Assembly (NCBI GenBank): GCA_965203555.1
Contig: CBDBCY010000004.1
Location: 3,076,936-3,140,935 of the forward strand
Length of the DNA stretch: 64,000 nucleotides
From: Acidimicrobiia bacterium
GTDB lineage: Bacteria > Actinomycetota > Acidimicrobiia > Spongiisociales > ZC4RG35
Reading direction: 5' to 3'
Shown: positions 1 to 10,118 of the stretch, in pieces
Layout: the number at the start of each line of letters is the position of its first letter
How positions within the stretch are numbered: position 1 is the stretch's first letter
Position numbers and translations under genes: made by a program
Notes under the pieces: model-generated
What the model was told of the DNA's origin: nothing
Seen by the model: only the letters and a program-made list of their open reading frames with translations
The model's database searches: none

Positions 1-531
1 GGACTGGCGGTGGTGGCGGTGCAGCGACGTCGATGGTACGGACCCATTACTTCTGTAACCAACATCCTCTACACAGTTCCTTCCCTGGCGTTGTTTGCCT
101 TCCTGGTTCCCTTCACGGGACTGTCGACCCTGACGTCCGAAATAGGATTGGTCAGCTACACCCTCCTGATAATCGTGCGCAACACGGTGGCGGGTATCGA
201 CGGAGTCTCCCAGGGCGTGAGGGAGGCGGCAGATGGGATGGGGTTCACTCCCCGGCGCCGTTTCTGGAAAGCCGAATTCCCGCTGGCGTTACCGGTGATA
301 ATGGCAGGAATCCGCATCGCCTCCGTCACCACCGTGGGTTTGGTCACCATCACCGCCATTCTGGGGCAGGGAGGCTTGGGATACTTCATTCTGGCAGGTC
401 TGCGCAGCTTCTTTTGGACGCAGATCATCATCGGCACAGTGGGTTCGGTCTTGCTGGCAGTGGTGATCGATGTTGGATTGCTGTGGGTGGAGCGGTTGCT
501 CACTCCGTGGACCGGGCGGGCGGCGGTGTGA
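1..531 (+). CDS. Osmoprotectant (glycine betaine/choline) ABC transporter permease, 5' truncated by window edge
   Basis: ProW/OpuBB-like motifs TVPSLALF and EAA loop EAADGMGFT...EFPLALPVIMAGIR; frame open from base 1. Confidence 0.9.
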   Translation, partial: GLAVVAVQRRRWYGPITSVTNILYTVPSLALFAFLVPFTGLSTLTSEIGLVSYTLLIIVRNTVAGIDGVSQGVREAADGMGFTPRRRFWKAEFPLALPVIMAGIRIASVTTVGLVTITAILGQGGLGYFILAGLRSFFWTQIIIGTVGSVLLAVVIDVGLLWVERLLTPWTGRAAV

Positions 532-1211
532 CGGACCGCCCCCTGGTGGAGGAACTATGGCTGTTCCTGGGTGATCCCCAAACCTGGTGGGGACCGGCCA
601 GCATACCCTTGCGGCTGGCTGAGCACCTTTTGCTCTCGGCGGTGGCGGTGATCATCGCCGCGGCGCTGGTGATCCCTCCCGCCCTGTGGGCCGCTCATCG
701 GCGCCGGGGGGTGGTAGCCGCGGCAGCGGTAGTCAACATCGGCCGGGCGGTCCCCACCTTCGGGATCCTGGTCATCGTCGTCGTGTGGCTGGGATTGGGC
801 CCATGGCCCGCGCTGGTGGCGCTGGTTGCTTTGAGTGGGCCTCCCATGTTCACCAATACGGTGGCCGGAGTCCTGGCTGTCGATCCGGCCGTGCTGGAGT
901 CGGCCTGGGGGATGGGGATGACCGGCCGGACAGTCCTGATGAAGGTGGAGGCGCCGTTGGCTCTTCCGGTGATCGCTGAAGGGGTCAGGATCGCCATTTC
1001 CCAGGTTATCGCCACCGCCACCCTGGCCGCCTTGGCGGCGGGCGGTGGATTGGGCCGGTTCATAGTGGACGGTTTCGCCAAACGGGACCAGGGGGAATTG
1101 CTGATCGGGGCGGTGTTGGTGGCTTCGGTGGCGGTGGTGGCGGAGATGATCTTCACCCGCGGGCAGCGTCGCCTGGTTCCAAGTCTGACTTCAACTGAGG
1201 GAAGCCGGTAG
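528..1211 (+). CDS. Osmoprotectant ABC transporter permease (second subunit)
   Basis: GTG overlaps the upstream TGA; NIGRAVPTFG and ESAWGMGMT...EAPLALPVI motifs. Confidence 0.9.
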   Translation: MTDRPLVEELWLFLGDPQTWWGPASIPLRLAEHLLLSAVAVIIAAALVIPPALWAAHRRRGVVAAAAVVNIGRAVPTFGILVIVVVWLGLGPWPALVALVALSGPPMFTNTVAGVLAVDPAVLESAWGMGMTGRTVLMKVEAPLALPVIAEGVRIAISQVIATATLAALAAGGGLGRFIVDGFAKRDQGELLIGAVLVASVAVVAEMIFTRGQRRLVPSLTSTEGSR

Positions 1212-1327
1212 CTCGGATCGGCCGGTGGTTTGGGTGGTTGTGCGGCGCGGTAACATCATGTTGGGAGGCGGGCATCCCAACGGATGTTTCTGCTATCGAT
1301 TAACTCATTCACAGGAGATAGATACCC

Positions 1328-2239
1328 ATGTGGCAGTACTTGCGCAAGGGCGTCGTCGGGGCGACCCTCCTGGCTGTGGCTCTCGGAGTGGCGGCCTGCG
1401 GGTCGGGTGACGACGCTGACGGCCCCACCATCGTGGTGGCCACGTTCAATTTCGGAGAGAGCCTGATTCTCGGTGAGATCTATGCACAGGTGTTGGAGGC
1501 GGAGGGCTATGCAGTGGAGAAGAACCTCGGTTTGGGCTCGCGGGAGGTGGTTAAACCTGCCCTCGAATCCGGTGAGATCGGATTGGTACCCGAGTACACC
1601 GGAAGTCTGGGCAACTTCCTGGGCGTGACCCCGACCGCAGACGAGCAGTCCACCTGGCAAGCCGTAAAAGACGCCTTCGAGGCCAACGGCGTGACTTTGC
1701 TCGCCTACGCCCCCGCCCAGGACAAGAACGGCTTCGTGGTCACCGGAGACACGGCTGCCTCGCTGGGGCTTTCCAAGGTCAGCGATCTGGCCCCGGTCGC
1801 CGCCGATCTGGTGTTCGGGGGTCCGCCCGAATGCCCCGAGCGGCTCAATTGCCTGCCCGGTCTGGAAAGCGTGTACGGCTTGGTTTTCGCCGAATTCAAG
1901 CCATTGGACGTTGGAGGTCCGCTGACGGTGGCGGCATTGGAGGCAGGTGACGTGGATGTCGGAGTGCTCTTCACCACCGACGGGGTGATCGCCGCCAAGG
2001 GTTTTGTCCTCTTGGATGATGACCAGGGTCTCAATCCGGCCGAGAACATCGTCCCGGCGGTCCGGATGGACATCGTGGATGCCTATGGGGATGACTTCGT
2101 TGATCTGTTGAACAGCGTCTCCGCCGAGATCAACACCCCTGAACTGACCGAGATGAACCGGCGGGCAGGGATCGATCAGGACGATCCGGCGGACATCGCC
2201 GCGCAGTGGCTGGCCGACAAGGGATTCGTCTCCGGCTGA
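1328..2239 (+). CDS. Osmoprotectant ABC transporter substrate-binding lipoprotein (OpuAC/OsmF-like)
   Basis: Lipobox VAAC; FGESLILGEIYAQ, PEYTGS, ECPERLNCLPGL motifs. Confidence 0.9.
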   Translation: MWQYLRKGVVGATLLAVALGVAACGSGDDADGPTIVVATFNFGESLILGEIYAQVLEAEGYAVEKNLGLGSREVVKPALESGEIGLVPEYTGSLGNFLGVTPTADEQSTWQAVKDAFEANGVTLLAYAPAQDKNGFVVTGDTAASLGLSKVSDLAPVAADLVFGGPPECPERLNCLPGLESVYGLVFAEFKPLDVGGPLTVAALEAGDVDVGVLFTTDGVIAAKGFVLLDDDQGLNPAENIVPAVRMDIVDAYGDDFVDLLNSVSAEINTPELTEMNRRAGIDQDDPADIAAQWLADKGFVSG

Positions 2240-2269
2240 GTTCTGGATCGCGTATAAAGCTCAAGTGAT

Positions 2270-2530
2270 TCAGGAGCGGGGGTCTTCGGGCCTCCGCTCC
2301 TGGTACTCTCGCCACTCGGCGATGGAGCGTGATACCAACACCATGATCACCGCCATCCCCACCAACCCCAGCATGAAACCCAGCCCACCCCAGAAAAGCG
2401 ATCTCGCTGCACATCCCGATCCCAGGTCGGAGCGGCATGCCACGTCGTTGACCACCCATCCCAAGCCACCCCCGAACAGCCCGGCGATCACCGCCGGTAT
2501 CAGAATCCAGGGGTTGGGTCGACGTTTCAC
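2270..2530 (-). CDS. Small two-TM hypothetical membrane protein
   Basis: GTG start overlapping the upstream gene stop; two hydrophobic helices flanking a Cys pair. Confidence 0.6.
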   Translation of the reverse strand: MKRRPNPWILIPAVIAGLFGGGLGWVVNDVACRSDLGSGCAARSLFWGGLGFMLGLVGMAVIMVLVSRSIAEWREYQERRPEDPRS

Positions 2531-3297
2531 TCTGGCTCCTGTGGAGATCGGCTGCCGGAGCGGCGTCTTGCGGCCGTCTCCCGCGCCGGCCTGATCCGAA
2601 GGGGAGTCGGACCGGGCGTCGGCGGGGGAGTTGTATCGACCAGGGGTTGCACTGCCAGCCGCGCCTCCTCCGACCAGGCGACCCAGGCTGCAAGGCAGCC
2701 TCCTGCCGCCGCTACCGGCCACCCCGGCCACGGGGTGGTGAAGGATGCAGCCACAGCCGAGGCGGGAACCAGGAATCGAGCGGCGAACAGTGAACCCGGC
2801 CATGCTTTTGCGTAGACCAGGACGGTGGCGGCCGACAGGGTCGCCAGTAACCACCCTCCCCCCATTCCGTTGAGGCCGGCGCCGGCCAGGGCAACCGGCA
2901 GGGAACCCAGCACGCACAGGAGCAACACGGCCCGGGCGGGAGGGCCCAATTGGGCCGCCCGGCGTCGTTCGGCGGTGGCCAGCCAGGGTCCACCGACCAC
3001 GGCCACGGTGGCGGCGGCCACTGCCACTGCCATCCACCACCAGGCGGAGATGGGGGTCATCACGGCCAGGCCCAATTCTCCCACCCCCAGTCCCGCGGCC
3101 ATCCTGCGGCCCCAGCGGGAACCTTTCACCACCATCCCCACCAGGGCGGCGGTGGCGAGAATCAAGAGTCCGCCGGCCACAACCACCACCTGCAGCGGTG
3201 GCCAGGGTCCCGAAGAGGTGGAGACAGCCCCTGCCCACAGCAGTGCGCTCACCAGGCACATGGCGGCGGCGGTTGCCACGCCTGCTGAGGTTCTCAC
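2527..3297 (-). CDS. Hypothetical multi-pass membrane protein
   Basis: Highly hydrophobic Ala/Trp-rich ORF directly downstream of topA; start uncertain. Confidence 0.65.
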   Translation of the reverse strand: MRTSAGVATAAAMCLVSALLWAGAVSTSSGPWPPLQVVVVAGGLLILATAALVGMVVKGSRWGRRMAAGLGVGELGLAVMTPISAWWWMAVAVAAATVAVVGGPWLATAERRRAAQLGPPARAVLLLCVLGSLPVALAGAGLNGMGGGWLLATLSAATVLVYAKAWPGSLFAARFLVPASAVAASFTTPWPGWPVAAAGGCLAAWVAWSEEARLAVQPLVDTTPPPTPGPTPLRIRPARETAARRRSGSRSPQEPE

Positions 3298-3307
3298 GGC
3301 GTTTCCG

Positions 3308-5863
3308 CTATTTGCGGCGGCGGGAGCGCTTCCCGCGTCCGGGCGCTGCCTGCTTCTTGCGCCGGGTTTCCAGCAGATCGCTGGCCCGCTCGACGGTGAC
3401 ACTGTCCACGGTGTCCGCTGGGCTCAACGAGGCGTTGACGCCGTCGGCGCTCACGTAGGGCCCGTATCGACCGTCCCGCAGTTCCACGGTCTTGCCGGTG
3501 CGGGGATCCTCTCCCAGCACCCGCAGGACGGAGCGGCGGCCCCGGGCGGGGGTGGTGGCCAGGATCTGGAGGGCCTCATCGATGGTGATGGTGAAGAGTT
3601 GGTCGATCTCCGCAAGATTGCGGTTGGTCCTGCCGCGGGAGAGGTAAGGTCCGTAACGGCCGTATCGAGCGTATACCTTCTCCCCGCTGTTGGGATCGAC
3701 CCCCACCTGGCGGGGAAGTTCCAACCACCGCAGTGCGTCATCCAGGCTCACCCCGCCCAACTCGGTGTCCTTGGGCAGGGAGACCCGCTTGGGCTTCGTC
3801 TTTCCGCGGACGGTTTCTCCCAACTGCAGGTAGGGCCCGTACCGACCCTTCAGGGCCAGCACCTCCAGGCCGGTGCGGGGGTCGCTTCCCAGTATCTTGC
3901 GGTCCTGCGAGGAACGACCCTCGGCCAGCAATTCCAGGGCCTTTTCCACGGTCAACTCGTCGGGAGGCAGCCGGTCGGGTATGGAAACAGTCGCCTCCTT
4001 CCACAGCAGGAAGGGTCCATATCTGCCGATCCGGGCAGTTACCTCTTCTCCGTCGGCGTCCTCGCCTATCAGGATTCTTCGGGAAAGTCGGGTGTCGACG
4101 TTCTCCAAGCTGTTGTCGACCAGGGATTTGAGGCCCTCCTCCCCGAAGTAGAAACGTTGCAGCCATGGTTTGGTTTGCTCCTGCCGGTCGGCGATCCGGT
4201 CCAGGTCGCCCTCCATCTTGGCGGTGAACTGGTAATCGACCAGTTTGGGAAAACTCTCTTCCAGCAGGCTGACCACCGCGAAGGCTGTGAAGCTGGGTAT
4301 CAGGGCCCGTCCCTGGTTCCACACATACCCCCGATCCTGGATGGTGCTCATGATCGAGGCGTAGGTGGAAGGCCGACCGACGCCCAGTTTCTCGAGGGTG
4401 CTGATCAAAGAGGCTTCCGTGTACCAGGCGGGCGGTCTGGTCCGGTGGTCCTTCGCCGTCAATTCGGCCGTGTCCAGCGCCTGCCCCGCAGCTAAGGGCG
4501 GAAGGGTCTTCTGTTTGCCCTTCCTGCCGTCTGCGCCCCGATCGGACGGGGTTCCGAGGGCTCGGAGGAAGCCCGCGAAGGTGATGGTCCTTCCCTGGGC
4601 ATGGAACTCCACGTTCACCCCTGCCGAAGAGGTCCCGCCCAGCGTGGCGGATACCGTTTCCCCGATGGCGTCTTTCATCTGAGAGGCGACCGTGTGGCGC
4701 CAGATCATCTGGTAGAGCCGGGAGGGATCTCCCTCTCCGAGCGCGGCGGTCACCTCCTGGGGAGTCTTCCACACGCTGCCGGCCGGTCGAATGGCTTCGT
4801 GCGCCTCCTGTGCCGCCTTGACCTTGGTCCGGTAGGACCTCGGCTTCTGCGGCAGATAGGCGTCGCCAAAACTCTGTCGGATCACCTTCCGGGCGGTGGC
4901 GACGGCTTCGGGCGAGATGGAGACCGAGTCCGTGCGCATGTAGGTGATGTGTCCGTTTTCGTACAGTCGTTGGGCGGCGCGCATGGCTCGGGCAGACTGC
5001 ATTCCCAACCGGCGCGAGGCGTCCTGCTGGAGAGTGGAAGTGCGGTACGGGGGTGAGGGCGAGCGTTTGTAGGGCCGCTGCTTCAGTTCGGTCACCGCAA
5101 AGGAGGCGCCGGTCAGATCGGCGGTGAGCCGCTCGGCCTCCGCCTTCCCCATCTGCAGTGTCTCGGGGTTTTTCAATTGCCCCTGGGAAGTGAAGTCCCG
5201 GCCCGTCGCCACCCGCTGTTTCCCCACCCTGACGAGGGCCGCCTCGAAGCGCTGCTCCGGTTCGTCCACCGGGTGGAATACTCCCAGGATGTCCCAGTAC
5301 TCGGCCCTCACGAACCGGATCCGCTCCCGGGCCCTCTCCACGGCCAGTCGCACCGCCACGCTCTGCACCCGTCCGGCCGAGAGTCCGGTCTTGACCTTTC
5401 TCCACAGCACCGGTGAGACCTCGTATCCGTACAGGCGGTCCAGGATGCGTCTGGCTTCCTGGGATTCGACCAGCGCCGTGTCGAGCTCTCGAGGATTGTC
5501 GAAGGCCTGGCGAATGGCCTGGCGAGTGATCTCCTGGAAGACCATTCTCCGCACCGGCACCTTGGGCTTCAGCAGTTCCGTGAGATGCCAGGCGATGGCT
5601 TCGCCCTCCCGGTCGCGGTCGGTGGCCAGATACAGGGACTCCGCCGAGGCCAGGGCCGCTCTGAGCTTTTTGACCTGATTGCTCTTTCCCGGGGAGGTGA
5701 CGTACCTGGGTTGGAATCCCTTTTCGACGTCCACCCCCATCTCCTTTTTGGGCAGATCGCGGACGTGTCCCATGGATGACTCGACCACCACATCCGGTCC
5801 CAGGTAGGAGGAGATGCTGCGAGCCTTGGTGGGGGATTCGACAACTACCAGCGCCTTGCTCAT
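3308..5863 (-). CDS. topA: DNA topoisomerase I
   Basis: TOPRIM VVVESPTKA...LATDRDREGEAI, SAGRVQS, catalytic ITYMRTDS, actinobacterial C-terminal GRYGPY repeats. Confidence 0.98.
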   Translation of the reverse strand: MSKALVVVESPTKARSISSYLGPDVVVESSMGHVRDLPKKEMGVDVEKGFQPRYVTSPGKSNQVKKLRAALASAESLYLATDRDREGEAIAWHLTELLKPKVPVRRMVFQEITRQAIRQAFDNPRELDTALVESQEARRILDRLYGYEVSPVLWRKVKTGLSAGRVQSVAVRLAVERARERIRFVRAEYWDILGVFHPVDEPEQRFEAALVRVGKQRVATGRDFTSQGQLKNPETLQMGKAEAERLTADLTGASFAVTELKQRPYKRSPSPPYRTSTLQQDASRRLGMQSARAMRAAQRLYENGHITYMRTDSVSISPEAVATARKVIRQSFGDAYLPQKPRSYRTKVKAAQEAHEAIRPAGSVWKTPQEVTAALGEGDPSRLYQMIWRHTVASQMKDAIGETVSATLGGTSSAGVNVEFHAQGRTITFAGFLRALGTPSDRGADGRKGKQKTLPPLAAGQALDTAELTAKDHRTRPPAWYTEASLISTLEKLGVGRPSTYASIMSTIQDRGYVWNQGRALIPSFTAFAVVSLLEESFPKLVDYQFTAKMEGDLDRIADRQEQTKPWLQRFYFGEEGLKSLVDNSLENVDTRLSRRILIGEDADGEEVTARIGRYGPFLLWKEATVSIPDRLPPDELTVEKALELLAEGRSSQDRKILGSDPRTGLEVLALKGRYGPYLQLGETVRGKTKPKRVSLPKDTELGGVSLDDALRWLELPRQVGVDPNSGEKVYARYGRYGPYLSRGRTNRNLAEIDQLFTITIDEALQILATTPARGRRSVLRVLGEDPRTGKTVELRDGRYGPYVSADGVNASLSPADTVDSVTVERASDLLETRRKKQAAPGRGKRSRRRK

Positions 5864-5942
5864 CGGACTAACAAGTTACCTGCCAAACGCGCCTTATGCC
5901 TAACCGATTCCCCTTTTTCTGGCCTCAAGTAGTGTTGGGCGG

Positions 5943-7337
5943 GTGAATTCCGTGGAAGAAATCCGTGGTCGGGATCTGATCCGCCGCGGTCCCTTCGCCA
6001 AGCTGTGGTGGGCCAACAGCGTCTCCAGCCTGGGAGACTGGGTGAATATCTTCGCCACCCTGGCCCTGGCCGCCAGGATCGGGGGTGGCGGGGAAGGCTC
6101 CACGGTGGCGATAATCATCTCCCTGGTGGCGCGGTTTCTGCCCGGAATGCTGGCCGGAATGGTGGGAGGGGTGGTTGCGGATCGCTGGAACCGAAAGATC
6201 ACCATGGTGGTCTCCGACTTCGGACGGGCGGCGCTGGTTGGAACCTTGCTGTTCGTCTCCAATCTTTCCCAGTTGTTCGTAGTGATTGTTCTGGTGGAGC
6301 TCCTCGGGTTGTTTCGCCAGCCCGCCCGGGAGGCGGTGGTTCCCACGCTGATCGCACCCAAGCACCTTGCCGCCGCCAACGGACTCAATCTGGTCTCGAT
6401 GTACGGCACGGCGCCGGTGGGCTCGGCGATTTTCGCGCTGCTCACCGAATTCAGCGAAATGCTGCCCGAGGTCGGGCAATTCGGCGCCTGGGTGCTCCCC
6501 GCCTTCATGTTCGACATGGCCACCTTCCTGTTCTCGGGTCTCATCACCCTCGCCATCCCGATAAAGGCCACCACTCTGCCCGAGAAGCGCCGGATGAGAC
6601 TTGAGCGGCGATCGCTGGCCGCTCCGGTACGGGATCTGGTGGAGGGATGGGCGCAGGTGGGTCGGCGGGGTCCGGTTCGCCGGCTGGTGTGGGGGATGGC
6701 GATCGCTCTGCTGGGGGGAGGAGGGTTGTTCGTTATGGGCCAACCCTTCACGCAGCAGGTGCTAGAGGCCACCGAGAGCGGCTACGGGGCATTGCTCACC
6801 TCTTTGGGCATGGGGGTGGCGATCGGGATGGTGCTGCTGGCCGGACTCGGCAAGAACCTGATCCACCGGGAGCCCATCTTCGCCCTCGGTTTGTGGGCGG
6901 CGGGCGGCGGCATCATATTCACCAGTTTCTCTCGCTCGGTGTTCGCGGCGGTGGGCTGGGTGTTGCTTTTGGGTCTGGGCACGGGAATGGCCTACGTGGC
7001 CGGATTTACCCAACTCCACTCGGTGGTTACCGATGAGATAAGGGGCAGGACCTTCGGAGCGCTCTACACGCTGGGCCGTCTGGCGTTGCTGGTCTCTTTG
7101 GCGGTGGCTGGAATAGGCGCCGTCGCTCTGGAGGGCTTGCTGCCCGGGATCCTGGGTAACGGGATCCGGGCGGTGCTGTTCGTAAGCGGATTGGCGGTGC
7201 TTCTGACCGGTGTGGCCACCTTGTGGGCGGCCCGCTCCCAACTGCGAATGGTGTTCGACAAAGAAGCAATGGCAGCGATGCGATACACCAGCCAGGTGTT
7301 GGGGATACTCCGGCATCGCCGCTCCCACAAGTCGTGA
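5943..7337 (+). CDS. MFS transporter (type associated with thymidylate kinase in Actinobacteria)
   Basis: About 12 TM helices; GVVADRWNRK and DEIRGRTFG MFS motifs; overlaps tmk. Confidence 0.9.
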   Translation: MNSVEEIRGRDLIRRGPFAKLWWANSVSSLGDWVNIFATLALAARIGGGGEGSTVAIIISLVARFLPGMLAGMVGGVVADRWNRKITMVVSDFGRAALVGTLLFVSNLSQLFVVIVLVELLGLFRQPAREAVVPTLIAPKHLAAANGLNLVSMYGTAPVGSAIFALLTEFSEMLPEVGQFGAWVLPAFMFDMATFLFSGLITLAIPIKATTLPEKRRMRLERRSLAAPVRDLVEGWAQVGRRGPVRRLVWGMAIALLGGGGLFVMGQPFTQQVLEATESGYGALLTSLGMGVAIGMVLLAGLGKNLIHREPIFALGLWAAGGGIIFTSFSRSVFAAVGWVLLLGLGTGMAYVAGFTQLHSVVTDEIRGRTFGALYTLGRLALLVSLAVAGIGAVALEGLLPGILGNGIRAVLFVSGLAVLLTGVATLWAARSQLRMVFDKEAMAAMRYTSQVLGILRHRRSHKS

Positions 7338-7954
7338 AACGGGGACGCTACCTTGCTTTGGAGGGCACCGAGGGGGTGGGAAAGACTACCCTGAATCGAC
7401 TGCTGACCGACCGCCTGACGGAGCGGGGCGTCGATGTGGTGGCAGTGAGGGAACCGGGAGGGACCCCGCTTGGAGAGCAGATCCGCTCCATGTTGCTGCA
7501 TGGCGATGACATGGCCGACTGGACGGAGGCCTTGTTGTTTGCCGCTCAGAGGTCCGAACTCGTGGCCCAGGTGGTACGCCCCGCTCTCTCGCAGGGTAGG
7601 TGGGTGCTTTCTGATCGGTGCTTCTATTCTTCCCTGGCTTATCAGGGCTATGCGAGGGGTCTGGGTGTGAGCAAGGTGTGGTCGGTCAACGAAGCGGCTT
7701 TGGACGGGACTCTGCCCGATCTTGTCGTGTGGCTGGAAACCGATCATCGGGCTGCTCTCTTCCGGCAGGAGGAGCTTGACCGGATCGGATCGCAGGACAT
7801 GATTCTCCATCTGCAAGTGTGGAAGGGGTACCGACATCTGTGGACCTCGGGGGCGAGCCGAACGCTGCGGCTGGACGGCGGACGCTCTTCCGAGCACAGC
7901 GTTGAGGCGCTGGTCGGTGTATTGGAGGAGCGAGGGTGGCTGGATCCCTGGTGA
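7334..7954 (+). CDS. tmk: Thymidylate kinase
   Basis: ALEGTEGVGKTT, VREPGGTPLGE, SDRCFYSSLAYQG. Confidence 0.95.
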   Translation: MKRGRYLALEGTEGVGKTTLNRLLTDRLTERGVDVVAVREPGGTPLGEQIRSMLLHGDDMADWTEALLFAAQRSELVAQVVRPALSQGRWVLSDRCFYSSLAYQGYARGLGVSKVWSVNEAALDGTLPDLVVWLETDHRAALFRQEELDRIGSQDMILHLQVWKGYRHLWTSGASRTLRLDGGRSSEHSVEALVGVLEERGWLDPW

Positions 7955-9009
7955 GCATGCCGCAGCCGGCCACCGGCATAATCGGGCACCGGGCGATCTG
8001 GGAAAGGCTGGCCGCCGATGTCGACTCCCCGGCCGGGGCGTATCTTCTGGTCGGTCCCCAGGGGGTGGGAAAGAGCCTGGTGGCGCGCCGCTTCGCCGAA
8101 CGGTTGGTTTGTCCCACCTCCGGCGCGGACCTCGGTGAATGCTCGGCATGTCGAAGGGCACGATCCGGTGCACATCCGGACATCGTGGTGGTCAGCCCCA
8201 CCGAACGACAGCGGGTAGGGGTGGGTGATGCCCGCCAGGTGGTCTCCCGGGCTGCTCGAACCCCGGTGGAAGCCTCTCATAAGGTGTTCATCATCGACCG
8301 GGAAATAACCGTGGCGGCGGCAAACGTATTGCTCAAGACCTTGGAGGAGACCTCCGACTCCACAGTCTTCGTTCTGGTCGCCACCTCCACGGAGGATCTC
8401 CCCGACACGGTGGCCAGTCGGTGCCGCACCTTCCATCTGGGGAAGGTGGAGGCGGCCGAACTGGTGGAGGGGCTGGTGGGAAGAGGGATGGAACGCTCCG
8501 AAGCAGAGGCTATTTCCGAAGTTGCGGGCGGGAGGCCTGGCATGGCGCTTCGACTGAAGGGGCACAAATCAGCGGCCCGATTCCGCTCGGCCTGGCTGGA
8601 CACCGCCGCCCAGTTGGCCGAACGGGACCATCTTGGCGCCGGCGAGGCGGTGACCATGGTGGATGAGGTCCTGATCTATGGAGAGCGAATGCTGGACGGG
8701 GTCCGTCCGGATAGGAAGGCGGTCAAGCGTCTGAGGGAGCAGGCGCAAAGAGAGACTCGCAGGCAGCGCCGTCTGCTGTGGGTCTCGGGATTGGAGATCA
8801 TGGCTGCCTGGTATGTGGACGCCGCCGCCCGCAAGCTGGGTGGGCCGGCCCGAACCTTGGGCGAGGGGGTGCGGCCGGCGGCGGTGGACCCTGCCCGGGC
8901 GCTTCGCTCGGCCGATCTCATCCTGGGAGCGGGGGCCGAGTTGGCGGTCATCAATCTGCGCCCCCGGGCTCGGCTGGCGGAACTGTTCTGTGACCTGGTG
9001 GAACTGTGA
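7951..9009 (+). CDS. holB: DNA polymerase III subunit delta'
   Basis: GPQGVGKS, zinc motif C..CSAC, HPD, AANVLLKTLEE, TVASRC; follows tmk. Confidence 0.9.
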   Translation: MSMPQPATGIIGHRAIWERLAADVDSPAGAYLLVGPQGVGKSLVARRFAERLVCPTSGADLGECSACRRARSGAHPDIVVVSPTERQRVGVGDARQVVSRAARTPVEASHKVFIIDREITVAAANVLLKTLEETSDSTVFVLVATSTEDLPDTVASRCRTFHLGKVEAAELVEGLVGRGMERSEAEAISEVAGGRPGMALRLKGHKSAARFRSAWLDTAAQLAERDHLGAGEAVTMVDEVLIYGERMLDGVRPDRKAVKRLREQAQRETRRQRRLLWVSGLEIMAAWYVDAAARKLGGPARTLGEGVRPAAVDPARALRSADLILGAGAELAVINLRPRARLAELFCDLVEL

Positions 9010-9602
9010 TACCTGCCTTCTCCGACAGGTCGCAGGTGCTGACTATTCCCAATCTGGTTTCCGCGCTCCGGATCCTCCTTGTGGGCGGGTTGTGGTGGTT
9101 GCTGGCCGCCGATCAGGCGGCCTGGGCGGCGTGGTTGATTATCTTGATGGCAACCACCGACTGGCTTGACGGCTGGCTGGCCCGAAAACTGGACCAGGTA
9201 ACAGACCTGGGGGCTGTTCTCGATCCGGTCGGAGACGCGTTGATGATGGCGTCGGCGGTGCTGGGGGGAATGATCAGGACCTGGGTGCCGCTGGAGGTTG
9301 GGGTGTTGATTCTGGTCAGATCGGCGATGGTGACGGGATGGTCGGCCTGGGTGACCGTCCGAATCAAGAGGACCATCGAGGTGCGCCGCAGCGGTAAGGT
9401 CGCCATCACCTTCCTGTTCATCGCGGTTCCCGGCTTTTACTTCGCTTCGGCATCGACAGGAGCGATCCGGGCCTGGCTGCTGGTGGTGGCGTGGATCGCT
9501 GCTTCCGTGGGGTTGCTTGTCTATTGGTGGTCGGGGATCATGTACACCCGAGACGGGTTTGATCTGGTTCGTCGGCGCGGAACAGATTCTCCGGCCGCCT
9601 GA
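9006..9602 (+). CDS. CDP-alcohol phosphatidyltransferase (PgsA-like)
   Basis: TIPNLVSALR and TDWLDGWLARKLDQVTDLGAVLDPVGD signature. Confidence 0.93.
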   Translation: MIPAFSDRSQVLTIPNLVSALRILLVGGLWWLLAADQAAWAAWLIILMATTDWLDGWLARKLDQVTDLGAVLDPVGDALMMASAVLGGMIRTWVPLEVGVLILVRSAMVTGWSAWVTVRIKRTIEVRRSGKVAITFLFIAVPGFYFASASTGAIRAWLLVVAWIAASVGLLVYWWSGIMYTRDGFDLVRRRGTDSPAA

Positions 9603-9672
9603 GTGTTCCAACTGCAAGCGGTGGGGCCCGCCGACCCAGCGATGGTTTTCGTTTCTGATAAGGTATGTTCCT

Positions 9673-10062
9673 ATGACAGAAACCCAGACTGAGATTCCCG
9701 AGCACCTGTCCTACACCACCGAACATGAGTGGATTCTGACCGGCGACAAAAGTGCCCGGCTGGGCATTACAGACTATGCCCAGGACGCCCTGGGCGATGT
9801 GGTGTACGCCCAATTGCCTCGGGAGGGAGACGAGGTGTTGGAGGGTGAGATCTTCGCTGAACTGGAATCGACCAAGTCGGTCGGAGAGGTTTACGCTCCA
9901 TTTGACGGAGTGGTGTTGGCGGTGAACGAAGAGTTGGAGACAAGGCCCGAATTGGTCAACGAGGATCCTTACGGAGAGGGTTGGATCGTGGACCTTTCCC
10001 TTAACGGTCCTCTACCTGCTACGCTCTTGGCCGCGGCGGAGTATCGGGACCTCATTTCCTAG
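9673..10062 (+). CDS. gcvH: Glycine cleavage system H protein
   Basis: YTTEHEW, GITDYAQDALGDVVY, lipoyl-Lys in ESTKSV, VNEDPYGEGW. Confidence 0.97.
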   Translation: MTETQTEIPEHLSYTTEHEWILTGDKSARLGITDYAQDALGDVVYAQLPREGDEVLEGEIFAELESTKSVGEVYAPFDGVVLAVNEELETRPELVNEDPYGEGWIVDLSLNGPLPATLLAAAEYRDLIS

Positions 10063-10118
10063 AGCAGGCCCTACTTCTATTCCCTTCCCCACTGGGAGGG
10101 GCAGTTTACAATAAGAGT

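Noticed and set aside
2825-5405. Long ORFs overlapping topA (556 aa +, 555 aa -) and similar shadow ORFs throughout the window
   Set aside because: Antisense or off-frame products of high-GC codon bias; no motifs, and fully overlapped by well-supported genes.
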